Below, in pieces: positions 19,419-29,140 of a DNA stretch of 64,000 bases. Both the position numbers and the translations under genes were made by a program. The notes beneath the pieces are model-generated. The model was not told the origin of the DNA. It saw nothing but the letters and a program-made list of their open reading frames with translations, and made no database searches. Each line of letters starts with the position of its first letter. Position 1 is the first letter of the stretch. Source of the stretch: Parvibaculales bacterium (lineage in GTDB: Bacteria; Pseudomonadota; Alphaproteobacteria; RS24); assembly GCA_049889535.1 (NCBI GenBank), contig JBMHDF010000011.1, forward strand, positions 18,459 through 82,458, given 5' to 3'.

Positions 19419-20789
19419 TTAGCTATTGGATTGGCGGTTTTCAGCCAGTTGCACATGCATTTCTTTATGCAGTGTTTCATTCAGTTGATAATTTCTAAAA
19501 CAAAATGCCGCAACAAGATAAGCCACGCACGGCACCACCGCATACATGATTTTCATGGTTAAAATCACATCAGGTGTTTGTGTCACATTGGGTTGAAAAC
19601 CCGCATAAGAAAGCATGGCGCCAATCACGATTAAGGCAAAACCATTGGCTGTTTTCCAGGTAAAATTCCAGGCAGCAAAATAAGCGCCCTCTTTGCGCTC
19701 AGCCGTTAACAGCTCATCATAATCCACCGTATCACTCAATAAAGAAGGCCCAATCACATGCGCCGCGCCATTCGCAATACCTGCAAAAAACCCTGCCAAC
19801 ATTAAAAGATTATCATCACCTTTGCCGAGAAAAAACATCGCGCCAAAACACGCTGCCGAAAGGTAAAAAGAAAAAGACCAAACCGCTTTTTTACCAACAC
19901 GGCGCGCTAATGGCATCCAAAGTGGGGTCAGAAAAAATGAGGGTATCAGAAAAACCAATAAAAATTTTGGAGCTGCTTCTGGCGCTTCTAAAATATAAGT
20001 CGCTACATACATCACCATAATAGAGCTAAAAGCAAAGCCAATATTGTCAAAAAAGAACGCAAAAAGCGGGGGGCGCGCATGCGGGTTTTTAAACACATCA
20101 CGAATGGCACGAAACGGATGTTGGCTGCCTTTTTGAGCAAACTCAGACCGCTCCTTAATGCCAAAAGCACAAATCAGCAAGGCCAACGCTGCCAGCGGAG
20201 CTGCAATCCAAGCTTGCGTTGCAGAAACAGATTGCACAGCAGCTAGGTCTTTTTGTTCCGCTGCTATCAGCAAGGCCATAACGCCAATGCCAATAATATA
20301 GCCCCCAATCCAACCCGCATGCCGCACACCAAAGACTTTGTTGCGCTCATGATGGTCGTCTGTCAACTCAGCCCCTAAAGCCATTTGCGGCACATAAAAG
20401 AAAGTTGATGCTGAAAAAAACCCAATAATGCCAATCGCAATCCATTGCTCAAGTGACGGACCGGATAAACCCTCTATCGGGTCGAATAACATAATATATG
20501 TAATCGCGGTTGGAATGGCGCTAATGGCAATCCATGTGCTGCGGCGCCCTAGAGTGAATTTTGTTCGGTCCGACCAATAACCAACCAAAGGATCAGAAAC
20601 CGCATCCCACAGCCGTGATATGCCAAAAATTGTGCCCATAATAGCAGGCGCAATGAGCAGCACATCCGTCGCAAAACGCATGAAATAAAGCGTGACCAAA
20701 CAAAATAAATAGCCATAGGCAATTGCTGGCAAGCCAAAAAAACTTAATGTGAGACTCGATACTTTCGCATCTGCTGGTGATTTTACCAT
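19419..20789 (-). CDS. MFS transporter, glycoside-pentoside-hexuronide (GPH) cation symporter family
   Basis: SRLWDAVSDPLVGYWSDRTKFTLGRR signature, with about 12 hydrophobic segments. Confidence 0.85.
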   Translation of the reverse strand: MVKSPADAKVSSLTLSFFGLPAIAYGYLFCLVTLYFMRFATDVLLIAPAIMGTIFGISRLWDAVSDPLVGYWSDRTKFTLGRRSTWIAISAIPTAITYIMLFDPIEGLSGPSLEQWIAIGIIGFFSASTFFYVPQMALGAELTDDHHERNKVFGVRHAGWIGGYIIGIGVMALLIAAEQKDLAAVQSVSATQAWIAAPLAALALLICAFGIKERSEFAQKGSQHPFRAIRDVFKNPHARPPLFAFFFDNIGFAFSSIMVMYVATYILEAPEAAPKFLLVFLIPSFFLTPLWMPLARRVGKKAVWSFSFYLSAACFGAMFFLGKGDDNLLMLAGFFAGIANGAAHVIGPSLLSDTVDYDELLTAERKEGAYFAAWNFTWKTANGFALIVIGAMLSYAGFQPNVTQTPDVILTMKIMYAVVPCVAYLVAAFCFRNYQLNETLHKEMHVQLAENRQSNS

Positions 20790-20948
20790 AATAGAACCTT
20801 AAAAAACCGCCTTTTTACTGTAAACATAAAGCCCGTCATCGCAAGGGTTTTATCGGCACATAAATCCCCCAAACCAGCTGTCGGAAATTAGAAAAAACTC
20901 AACTTTTCTTTGTAATTAGGTTAGTCTGAGACGATTGAGGGAAACAAT

Positions 20949-23213
20949 ATGGCACGTCCGAAAAACTATTATCTAAAACTTTCAAAGCCACTTTATATTT
21001 CATTCTTCTTTGTTGGTTTAATCAGCTGCTTGTCGGTCAATCTTTTACCCATAGCCTTATTTTTATTTGGCAGTATTGCCTTTTACGAAATTCAAAAAAA
21101 CAAAATGGCATGGCGTCCACGAAACACAAATAGCATTCTCGCCATGATTGTTTTCTTTCTTTATTTCTTATTGAGCAGCTTTTGGTCGCCCGATATGTCG
21201 GGCAGTCTTTATCAATCTGTGCAGTTCATTTTTATTTTTGTGCCAATCATTTTCATCTTGCTTTATATTTCCTATTTGGACACGCCTGAGCGTGAAAAAA
21301 TCGGTAAAGCCATCCGTTATAGCTTCGCATTCGCGCTTATTTTGCTTGTTTTTGAAGTTATATTAGACCAGCCCATTTATCGCTTTTGGTTAGAGCGCAT
21401 TGCAACTGATAGAGAATATGACCCCAATCACCTTGAGCGCTCAATTTCTGTATTTTCGTTATTTTATTTTATTTTAGCGGCGCATATAGCTAATCGAACA
21501 AATATTTTTATTGCCTTTACCATTATCATTTCATGGCTTTATTTATGCTATTTTTTCTCTTTTCCAGCCCAAATGATTGGCACTTTTATTGGCCTGCTCA
21601 GTCTGATAATCGCGTTGTGGAACGAAAAAATAACGCGCCATTTAATCTTTTTTGGCCTGACCATATATATCATTTTTAGCGTTCCCATGTCGGTTTTGAA
21701 TTATGAGACCGGTTTTATGAAAAACACCATCAGCCCTGATGTGATTTCTGAAAGCTTTATCGAACAGCGCAGCACAACTTATTTTAATGTCAGCAAAAAA
21801 ATCATTGAAAAACCTCTCTTAGGGCATGGCCTAGATAGCGCCGCCCTGTTGAGCAATAATGAAAACTTATCCAGCTTTAGCCTGCACCCTCATAATTTTA
21901 TTTTGCAAATTCTCTTTGAGGGCGGGTTTATTGGCGGCGCTTTATTTATTTGGGTCATTTATAGTTTTATGAACCGAATGAATATGCACACTGTCACCAC
22001 AAATGCCTTTTTACTTGGGGCTTTAGCAACCAATCTCACAATAGCTTCATTTTCTTATGGCATATGGCAAAGCTGGTGGCTTGCAGCCTTTGCTTTCATC
22101 ATTATTAGTTTTAACACCGAACTGCTGGGTAAAAACAGCACTGTCAAATTTAAGAATAAAAAAATTAGAATTATGCATGCTATTTTTTCGCACGGTTATC
22201 GCGGATCTGAAAGCGCGCTGGCCTTGATTGCAAATGAACAGGTCAAGCATAATCCGGTAAGCGTGATGGTGCGCGCGGATTGTGACGTCCGTGATGGGCC
22301 GTCAATCATCGAAGCCTTAGACCCGCAAATTCATATTATCCGCGTCCCAAATTTATTTCGGAGTCTCTGGGCAAATCTTTTTATCTTGCGTTGGCAACCT
22401 GATGTTTTGCATTCGCATTTAGGGCGGGCAGTGCGTTTCAAAAGCTGGTTCAAACCCAATCTTTTGCGGGTTTCATCCATGCATATTTTTTCTCCGCATC
22501 ATCATTCAGGCCAAGACCGTATTATTTGTATTTCAGATTGGATGATGGATAACCTACCTGAAAATCTAAAACTGAAAGCGCGGTTGGTCAGAAATGCCAC
22601 ACCTGAAAACGCACCATTGACGCAAGCACAAAAACGCAAATTACGTGAAAAATGGGGCATCGCGCCTGACACTCGGGTTTTTGGTTTTGTTGGGGCCGTC
22701 AACAAAACCAAAGGGGCTGATATTGCTGTTGAAGCTTTTTGTCGCGCCAATCCTGAAAACGCGCATTTATTAATGATTGGAGAAGGGCCTTTTCGTCAAA
22801 GCCTTGAAGATAAAACCGCGCATATGACAAATATTAGTTTCACGGGTTATCAAGACAATGCACGCGATTATATGCAAATCATTGACACATTGATTTTGCC
22901 ATCAAACTGGACAGAACCTTTTATGCTTTCTTTACTTGAGGGTATGCAAGCTGGCTGTTGGGTAATTACGATAGACCAATATGGTCCCGGCGACATTATG
23001 CGCGGGCAACCAAATGGCGCAACAGTAGAATTGGGCAATATTGATGCTTTTGCTGAAGCTATCAAAAACGCCCCCACTCAAGCAGGCCAGCGTTACACAT
23101 ACAATCTTGAAAAGTTTAACTTTGATAATCACATTGCAAGCATGTATAAAATTTACCAAGACGCCGCCAACCCATTATTCTACTCAATCCAAAATCATTA
23201 TTATCTAAAATAA
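20949..23213 (+). CDS. Fusion protein: O-antigen ligase/polymerase-like (Wzy_C) membrane domain plus C-terminal GT4 glycosyltransferase
   Basis: The first ~400 aa are polytopic and contain LLGHGLDSAALL...LHPHNFILQILFEGGFIGGALFIW (Wzy_C motif). The C-terminal ~350 aa contain KTKGADIAVEAF...NWTEPFMLSLLEGMQAGCWVIT (GT-B EX7E). AT-rich, 23/60 G+C in line 21001. Confidence 0.75.
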   Translation: MARPKNYYLKLSKPLYISFFFVGLISCLSVNLLPIALFLFGSIAFYEIQKNKMAWRPRNTNSILAMIVFFLYFLLSSFWSPDMSGSLYQSVQFIFIFVPIIFILLYISYLDTPEREKIGKAIRYSFAFALILLVFEVILDQPIYRFWLERIATDREYDPNHLERSISVFSLFYFILAAHIANRTNIFIAFTIIISWLYLCYFFSFPAQMIGTFIGLLSLIIALWNEKITRHLIFFGLTIYIIFSVPMSVLNYETGFMKNTISPDVISESFIEQRSTTYFNVSKKIIEKPLLGHGLDSAALLSNNENLSSFSLHPHNFILQILFEGGFIGGALFIWVIYSFMNRMNMHTVTTNAFLLGALATNLTIASFSYGIWQSWWLAAFAFIIISFNTELLGKNSTVKFKNKKIRIMHAIFSHGYRGSESALALIANEQVKHNPVSVMVRADCDVRDGPSIIEALDPQIHIIRVPNLFRSLWANLFILRWQPDVLHSHLGRAVRFKSWFKPNLLRVSSMHIFSPHHHSGQDRIICISDWMMDNLPENLKLKARLVRNATPENAPLTQAQKRKLREKWGIAPDTRVFGFVGAVNKTKGADIAVEAFCRANPENAHLLMIGEGPFRQSLEDKTAHMTNISFTGYQDNARDYMQIIDTLILPSNWTEPFMLSLLEGMQAGCWVITIDQYGPGDIMRGQPNGATVELGNIDAFAEAIKNAPTQAGQRYTYNLEKFNFDNHIASMYKIYQDAANPLFYSIQNHYYLK

Positions 23214-23231
23214 ATTATTTGAGAGCCTCTC

Positions 23232-23711
23232 ATGCCACGAATCTTTTCAGCTGTTTTGATAATTTTACTATCTGTCACCTGCCTTATGATAAATCCTTTA
23301 TCCGCGCGCGCAGAAATTACAATCACGAATGCCCGGCTGCGCGCCAATATTGAGGAGCGCCCTTCTGCCGGTTATTTTGAACTACAAAATCACGGTGCTG
23401 CTGACAAACTTATGCGGGCTAAAAGTGAGGCTTTTGACCATATTGAATTGCACACACATATTAAGGATGGCGAGATTATGCGCATGCGGCAGATGGAAAA
23501 TATTGCGCTTGGCGCTAACTCAAAAACCAGCTTTAAACCACATGGCTATCATCTCATGCTGTTCAAGCCGAAAACAGCATTGAAAAAAGGCGATACAGTA
23601 GAAATCACCTTAGAATTCCAAAACAATCCGCCCCAAAATGTAAGTTTTATCATCGGCACTATGGGTCAACATCACAAAAAACCACCCATGCAGCACCATC
23701 ACGGACACTAG
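23232..23711 (+). CDS. PCu(A)C-type periplasmic copper chaperone-like protein with a His-rich tail
   Basis: Signal peptide, then ELHTH...EIMRMRQ...KPHGYHLMLF (H/M...HxM ligand pattern). C-terminal QHHKKPPMQHHHGH. Confidence 0.8.
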   Translation: MPRIFSAVLIILLSVTCLMINPLSARAEITITNARLRANIEERPSAGYFELQNHGAADKLMRAKSEAFDHIELHTHIKDGEIMRMRQMENIALGANSKTSFKPHGYHLMLFKPKTALKKGDTVEITLEFQNNPPQNVSFIIGTMGQHHKKPPMQHHHGH

Positions 23712-23734
23712 CTTAAGAGAAACGACCAGACGCA

Positions 23735-24508
23735 ATGACATCGCCTCCACTGATAAGCGCAGATAATATAAGCCTGAATGGGACACATCAGAAAATTCTC
23801 GATGGGGTCAGCCTTGAGCTTGCTCAAGGTGATTTTGTTACGCTGATAGGTCCTAATGGCGCCGGAAAATCCATGTTGCTGAAGTGTTTGCTGGGTCTGA
23901 TACGCCCAGATAGTGGGCATGTTGAGCGGCAAGCTGATTTGCGCATAGGGTATATGCCGCAAAGTTTGAGCATTGATCCGGTGCTGCCTATATCAGTGAC
24001 CTATTTCCTGACTATGGCAGGGCAGAACACAGAAGCTGAAATTGCCGAAATTGTTCAGGAAACAGATATCAAGACTTTATTAAACCGCCAATTGCATGAC
24101 TTATCGGGTGGTGAGTTACAGCGCGTTTTATTGGCACGCGCCCTACTTAACCAGCCGCAAATTCTTATTCTTGACGAACCAGCGCAAAATTTAGATGTGA
24201 CCGGTCAGTTGGCTTTTTATAAAAATCTTGAAAAAATATATCAAAAGCGCAGCATAACTATTTTAATGGTATCGCATGATTTGCATTTGGTGATGTCCTC
24301 GAGCCAGCGCGTGATTTGTCTTTATCATCACATTTGCTGTCAGGGCGCCCCTCAAGCTGTGACCAAAGACCCAGAATTCACCGCGCTATTTGGGCAGGAT
24401 ATGGCGCGTATGATGGCGGTCTATCCACATGACCATGACCATCATCATGAGCATGACCATAACCATGAGCATGACCAGCACTCCCAATCATCAAAGGCTA
24501 AAAAATGA
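23735..24508 (+). CDS. znuC: Zinc ABC transporter ATP-binding protein with a His/Asp-rich C-terminal tail
   Basis: GPNGAGKS (Walker A), RIGYMPQSLSIDPVLPISV (ZnuC-typical), LSGGELQR, ILILDEP, and the tail HDHDHHHEHDHNHEHDQH. Confidence 0.9.
   Translation: MTSPPLISADNISLNGTHQKILDGVSLELAQGDFVTLIGPNGAGKSMLLKCLLGLIRPDSGHVERQADLRIGYMPQSLSIDPVLPISVTYFLTMAGQNTEAEIAEIVQETDIKTLLNRQLHDLSGGELQRVLLARALLNQPQILILDEPAQNLDVTGQLAFYKNLEKIYQKRSITILMVSHDLHLVMSSSQRVICLYHHICCQGAPQAVTKDPEFTALFGQDMARMMAVYPHDHDHHHEHDHNHEHDQHSQSSKAKK
24428..24481 (+). repeat. Imperfect CAT/GAC codon repeat encoding the ZnuC His-rich tail
   Basis: cat gac cat gac cat cat cat gag cat gac cat aac cat gag cat gac cag cac, read in frame. 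Confidence 0.8.
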
Positions 24509-25401
24509 TACATGCAAACGAATTTATGATGTTTTTAGCTGCATTGCTGATATGCCTCATGGCAGCGCCGCTTGGTTGTCTAATTTTTTGGCGACGAATG
24601 GCTTATTTTGGTGACGCGCTTTCGCATTCGGCATTGCTTGGTGTTGGCTTGGGTTTTCTATTTGGTGGGCATGTTTTTATGGGTGGCGCCATTGTCTGTG
24701 CCATTTTCGCTGTATTACTGGTTTGGTTGGAAAGCCGCTTTAAGCTGACAATGGATACGCTGCTTGGCATTTTAGCGCATGGCAGTCTGGCGTTTGGCAT
24801 TTTGGCCTTGATGGTGTTTGGCAACTACACAGACGAGACCCATCAGCAGACAGACGCAGCCGCCACACCTCCCCAAACACTAGAATCAGCAGAACATACA
24901 GACTCTCATGACAGCCTGCATGCATTTGAAGGCTATTTTTTCGGCGACATTGAACAGGCTGCGAGCGGTAATATAATATATCTTGCATTTGCTGCTGTAC
25001 TGGTTCTTTTTGTTTTGAGACGCAATTGGCAAAGTTTAATATTGACCATTTTAAGCGAAGATTTAGCGAAGGCTGAAGGTCATAACCTGTTGCGGCTTAA
25101 ATATACCCTTATCGGTTGCCTGACGCTCACCGTCGCCATTGCCGTGCAAACTGTCGGGGTGTTGTTCACCACATCTTTGCTGATTTTGCCAGCCGCCTGT
25201 GCTCGACAATGGGCTAGAAACCCAAAAAATATGGTGATTTATGCTATTGGTGTCGCGATTGCGAGCCTCTTGTCGAGTTTCACCCTATCGCAACAACAAG
25301 AACTCCCGTTTGGGCCTGTTTTAACGGCTTTTTTATGCGGGTTTTTTGCTCTTTCTCTCATATTTAGCGTTATTATCAGAAAAAAGTCTCCACGAATTTA
25401 A
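24505..25401 (+). CDS. znuB: Zinc/metal ABC transporter permease with a His/Asp/Thr-rich loop insert
   Basis: ABC-3 family permease pattern (FWRRMAYFGDALSHSALLGVGLG). ATGA overlap with znuC. Insert YTDETHQQTDAAATPPQTLESAEHTDSHDSLH. Confidence 0.85.
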   Translation: MIHANEFMMFLAALLICLMAAPLGCLIFWRRMAYFGDALSHSALLGVGLGFLFGGHVFMGGAIVCAIFAVLLVWLESRFKLTMDTLLGILAHGSLAFGILALMVFGNYTDETHQQTDAAATPPQTLESAEHTDSHDSLHAFEGYFFGDIEQAASGNIIYLAFAAVLVLFVLRRNWQSLILTILSEDLAKAEGHNLLRLKYTLIGCLTLTVAIAVQTVGVLFTTSLLILPAACARQWARNPKNMVIYAIGVAIASLLSSFTLSQQQELPFGPVLTAFLCGFFALSLIFSVIIRKKSPRI

Positions 25402-25407
25402 TAAGTA

Positions 25408-26748
25408 TTACTTAATAAGGAAGCTTGGCAATTTTTTCCCAGAATCTGCGTATCCGGTAATTTCCTGCGTAATTTTAACCATTGCGGTGGTGATTTGCTG
25501 CAAATCACCGGGCTGGATAATAAAAGGCGGCATGGTGTAAATAATATTGCCAAACGGGCGCACCCAAACCCCTTCTTCCACAAACCGTTGTTTAATATGG
25601 TTTAAATCTTCCAGCGCCTCAAACTCAATCACCCCAATCGCGCCGCGCACTCGCACATCTTTTACGCCCGGGCATTGCCCCGCTGGTGCCAGCTCTTGCA
25701 AAAGCTGGCGCTCAATAGCACGGACTTGCTCCAATCGCGGCTCGCGCTCAAACAGCTCAAGCGAGGCGAGAGCCGCCCGACAAGCCAATGGATTGCCCAT
25801 ATAAGTTGGTCCATGCATCAAGGCTTTTTGCGGGTCATCAGATAAAAAGCTTTCAAAAATAGGCGTAGAGGCAATGGTTGCCGCCAATGCCATTGTGCCA
25901 CCCGTGAGGGATTTTGACAGCGTTAAAATATCAGGCACAATGCCCACCGCATCACAGGCAAACATATGCCCTAAACGCCCCAGCCCTGTCATAATCTCAT
26001 CAGTGATGAGCAACACATTATGGGCGCGGCTTTGCTCATAGACAAACCGTAAAGTTTCTTCATCATGAAACTTCATACCGCCCGCTCCTTGCACAAGCGG
26101 TTCAATCACTATGGCGGCTAATTCATCTTTATGTGCCGCCAATTGCGCGCAAAAATCAGCGCGTTGCGCGTCCGTGACGGGTACATCAACCAAAACCTGT
26201 TGTGCCAATGCGTCTTTGAACAGGCTGTGCATACCCTCTTCAGGGTCACAAACTGACATGGTGGCTAAAGTGTCGCCATGATAGCCCCCTTTAAAGGATA
26301 AAAAGCGATACCGCCCCTGCACGCCTTGATTCATCCAATATTGAACCGCCATTTTCATACCAACTTCAACCGCAACCGAGCCTGAATCCGTGAAAAACAC
26401 ATGGTTTAAATCACCTGGACATAAATCAGCCAGTTTTCTTGCCAAACGGCTGGCTGGCTCATGTTGAAAACCACCCAGCATCACATGCGGTAATTTTTTC
26501 AATTGGTCCATCACCGCCGCCTCAATATGCGGGTGGCGATAACCATGACAGGTGGACCACCAGCTGGAAACGCCATCAATTAACGTGCGGCCATCTTCAA
26601 GGGTCAAACGTACGCCATCACCCGAAACCACTGGCAGCCCAAGCGGCGTGGTTTTCATTTGGGTATAAGGCAACCATAAATGCGATGCCCCCTCTAATTG
26701 CCAGTCAGGGTGTTTCTCAATGGCAGGATTTGGTTTCATGTCAGTCAT
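25408..26748 (-). CDS. bioA: Adenosylmethionine--8-amino-7-oxononanoate transaminase
   Basis: HLWLPYTQMK...SSWWSTCHGYRHPHI...ITDEIMTGLGRLG...LSKSLTGG (PLP lysine block). Confidence 0.92.
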   Translation of the reverse strand: MTDMKPNPAIEKHPDWQLEGASHLWLPYTQMKTTPLGLPVVSGDGVRLTLEDGRTLIDGVSSWWSTCHGYRHPHIEAAVMDQLKKLPHVMLGGFQHEPASRLARKLADLCPGDLNHVFFTDSGSVAVEVGMKMAVQYWMNQGVQGRYRFLSFKGGYHGDTLATMSVCDPEEGMHSLFKDALAQQVLVDVPVTDAQRADFCAQLAAHKDELAAIVIEPLVQGAGGMKFHDEETLRFVYEQSRAHNVLLITDEIMTGLGRLGHMFACDAVGIVPDILTLSKSLTGGTMALAATIASTPIFESFLSDDPQKALMHGPTYMGNPLACRAALASLELFEREPRLEQVRAIERQLLQELAPAGQCPGVKDVRVRGAIGVIEFEALEDLNHIKQRFVEEGVWVRPFGNIIYTMPPFIIQPGDLQQITTAMVKITQEITGYADSGKKLPSFLIK

Positions 26749-26900
26749 ATTCTCTCAACTTTCAAGCATATCGTAACGTTTCTGCGCGCGCTTTCAAACT
26801 GTAAACATCGTCACACCTCAATATTAACGAGCTGTGGAAGAGGCCGTTTCTCAGATTGACAAAACCAAAGCAAATAGGCTTATTTAGGCCTCTGAGCAAT

Positions 26901-28097
26901 ATGATGATGAAAAACAAACCGACCCAAAATCCAATAGACCTTGACGCGTTTTGCACCGATAAACTCGCACAGTTAGAGAGCAACCATAGTCGACGATATT
27001 TAGTGCCGACAGCCCGTCAAGCTGAAGCTTTAGCGCAAAGAGGCGCGGCCAAACAGTCCGTTCTGTCTTTTTCCTGCAATGACTATTTAGGCTTATCGCA
27101 TCATCCGGAGGTGATAGAGGCCGCCCAACAAGCCGCCCAAGAATTTGGGGTTGGCGCGGGGGCATCGCGCCTGATTACAGGCAACCACCCTTTATTCATG
27201 CAGCTTGAAACGCTTTTGGCAGAGATCAAACAAACCGAAGATTGCCTTGTGTTTGGCTCTGGCTATTTGGCTAATATTGGGATTATTCCCGCCTTCATAG
27301 GGACAAAAGATTTACTGCTGGTTGATGAGCTTGCACATGCCTGCATCAATGCGGGCGGGCAATTGTCAGGCGCCAAAATAATCCGCTTTCAACATAATGA
27401 TATGCAGGATTTAGCTCATTGCCTTGAAACGCACCGCCAACATTATGAAAAATGCCTGATTGTGACCGATGGTGTTTTTTCTATGGATGGAGATTTAGCC
27501 CCGCTGGCTGATATGCGCCAGCTCGCTGACCAGCATCACGCCTGGCTGATGAGTGATGATGCGCATGGCATTGGAGTGGTTGGTCATGGCATGGGCAGCG
27601 CGCATGCTTTTGAACCGCCTGTCCAGATTGAATTGCAAATGGGTACTTTATCAAAAGCTGTTGGCGGTTATGGCGGCTATGTTTGCGCCAGCCATGCGGT
27701 TTGCGAATTTTTGCGTAACCGCGCGCGCAGTCTGGTGTTTTCAACAGGCCTGCCGCCGATGAGTGTTGCCGCCGCTATCGCTGCACTGAAAATCATCCAG
27801 CGCAATCCTGAACTTTGCGCCACCCCCACACAACTTGCGGCTTTATTTTGTGAAAAACTTGATTTGCCAGCCCCGCAATCGCCAATCGTGCCGGTTATTT
27901 TCAAAACCAATGCGGCGACGCTGGCAGCCTCTGAAGCTTTGCTGGAGGCAGGTTTTTTGGTCAGCGCCATTCGCCCGCCAACAGTGCCTGAAAACACTGC
28001 ACGTCTGCGGGTCGCCTTTAATGCTACCCACAAAAAAGAAGATATCTTATCGCTCGCTGACCATATTCAAAAATTACAAAACGAGCTAATGCCATGA
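26901..28097 (+). CDS. bioF: 8-amino-7-oxononanoate synthase
   Basis: FSCNDYLGLSHHPEV...GSGYLANIG...DDAHGIGVVG...GTLSKAVG. The track start at 26856 is TTG, so the ATG run at 26901 was preferred. Confidence 0.9.
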   Translation: MMMKNKPTQNPIDLDAFCTDKLAQLESNHSRRYLVPTARQAEALAQRGAAKQSVLSFSCNDYLGLSHHPEVIEAAQQAAQEFGVGAGASRLITGNHPLFMQLETLLAEIKQTEDCLVFGSGYLANIGIIPAFIGTKDLLLVDELAHACINAGGQLSGAKIIRFQHNDMQDLAHCLETHRQHYEKCLIVTDGVFSMDGDLAPLADMRQLADQHHAWLMSDDAHGIGVVGHGMGSAHAFEPPVQIELQMGTLSKAVGGYGGYVCASHAVCEFLRNRARSLVFSTGLPPMSVAAAIAALKIIQRNPELCATPTQLAALFCEKLDLPAPQSPIVPVIFKTNAATLAASEALLEAGFLVSAIRPPTVPENTARLRVAFNATHKKEDILSLADHIQKLQNELMP

Positions 28098-28789
28098 GCC
28101 AACCTCTTTATCATAAACAGGTTTTTATTGCCGCCACAGGCACTGACATAGGCAAAACCTATGTCACAGCATGCCTCATTCGCAGCCTCATAAAAGCAGG
28201 ATTAGATGCACGGGCTTTAAAACCTGTCATTAGCGGTTTTGATGCAAATGATATTGCCAACAGCGACACAGGCCAACTGCTCATGGCCATGCAACGCCCT
28301 TGCACAATGGCAGAAGCAGAAAAAATTTCTCCCTTCCGCTTTAGCGCAGCTCTATCGCCCGACATGGCAGCCAAGCGCGAAAACCAAGAAATTGACATGG
28401 ACGCGCTTGTCACTTTTTGCCAACAAGACGCCCAACAAAGCACGGGTGATATTACATTCATTGAAGGCGTTGGCGGCGCGATGGTGCCGCTCAATCAAAC
28501 CCAACTAACGCTGGACTGGCAGGCAAGGCTAAACATACCCTGCCTATTGGTGATGGGCAGCTATTTAGGCACTTTATCGCACGCCCTCACCTGCCTTGAG
28601 GCATTGGATAAAACTGGCATTAAGCCGCTGGCTATCATTATCAATGAGTCGCCAGAAAGCCCAGTACCGCTTGAAGAAACAGCAGCCACCTTAGCGCGTT
28701 TTTGCGGTGATATACCAATTAGCTTGCTCGCCCGTAATGCCGATGCTGCGCCAGACGCGCTTTTGACAGCGCTACAATCAGGCCAATAA
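28094..28789 (+). CDS. bioD: Dethiobiotin synthase
   Basis: VFIAATGTDIGKTYVT (P-loop) and IEGVGGAMVPL. ATGA overlap with bioF. Confidence 0.9.
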   Translation: MSQPLYHKQVFIAATGTDIGKTYVTACLIRSLIKAGLDARALKPVISGFDANDIANSDTGQLLMAMQRPCTMAEAEKISPFRFSAALSPDMAAKRENQEIDMDALVTFCQQDAQQSTGDITFIEGVGGAMVPLNQTQLTLDWQARLNIPCLLVMGSYLGTLSHALTCLEALDKTGIKPLAIIINESPESPVPLEETAATLARFCGDIPISLLARNADAAPDALLTALQSGQ

Positions 28790-28791
28790 AA

Positions 28792-29040
28792 CTAATAATG
28801 CGGCGGCTTTTCGGCGTCTGGCGCGCCCGTCGTTTCTGTTTCAATTTGTTTTAAGCGCTCTAGCAAAACCCCGACCCGGCGCTCAATTTTTTGTCTTTCT
28901 ACATAATCATCATGTAATTGCGCACTCATCTCTTCAATCAATACCGCTTGATGGGTGACCAATTCTTCAAGCTGAGTCAGACGCTGCTCCATTTGCTCCA
29001 GTTGATGAGCAGCTTTTGGTTTTTGGTCTCTTTGTGACAT
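28792..29040 (-). CDS. slyX: SlyX family coiled-coil protein
   Basis: LEQMEQRLTQLEELVTHQAVLIEEMSAQL...LLERLKQIE is SlyX-like. Start moved to ATG 29040. Confidence 0.65.
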   Translation of the reverse strand: MSQRDQKPKAAHQLEQMEQRLTQLEELVTHQAVLIEEMSAQLHDDYVERQKIERRVGVLLERLKQIETETTGAPDAEKPPHY

Positions 29041-29140
29041 TTTGTTCCTTTTCACGAATAAACTTTTACCCCAGCCTATAATCAATTAAAAAAACTATAA
29101 AGGATGTATTCCTAGTGAGGAAATTTTTGAGGTTGATTTT

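Noticed and set aside
26749-26900. bioA/bioF divergent region, searched for a BioR- or BirA-type operator
   Set aside because: I recognised no convincing palindrome or TTATMKATAA-like site, so no regulatory feature was called.
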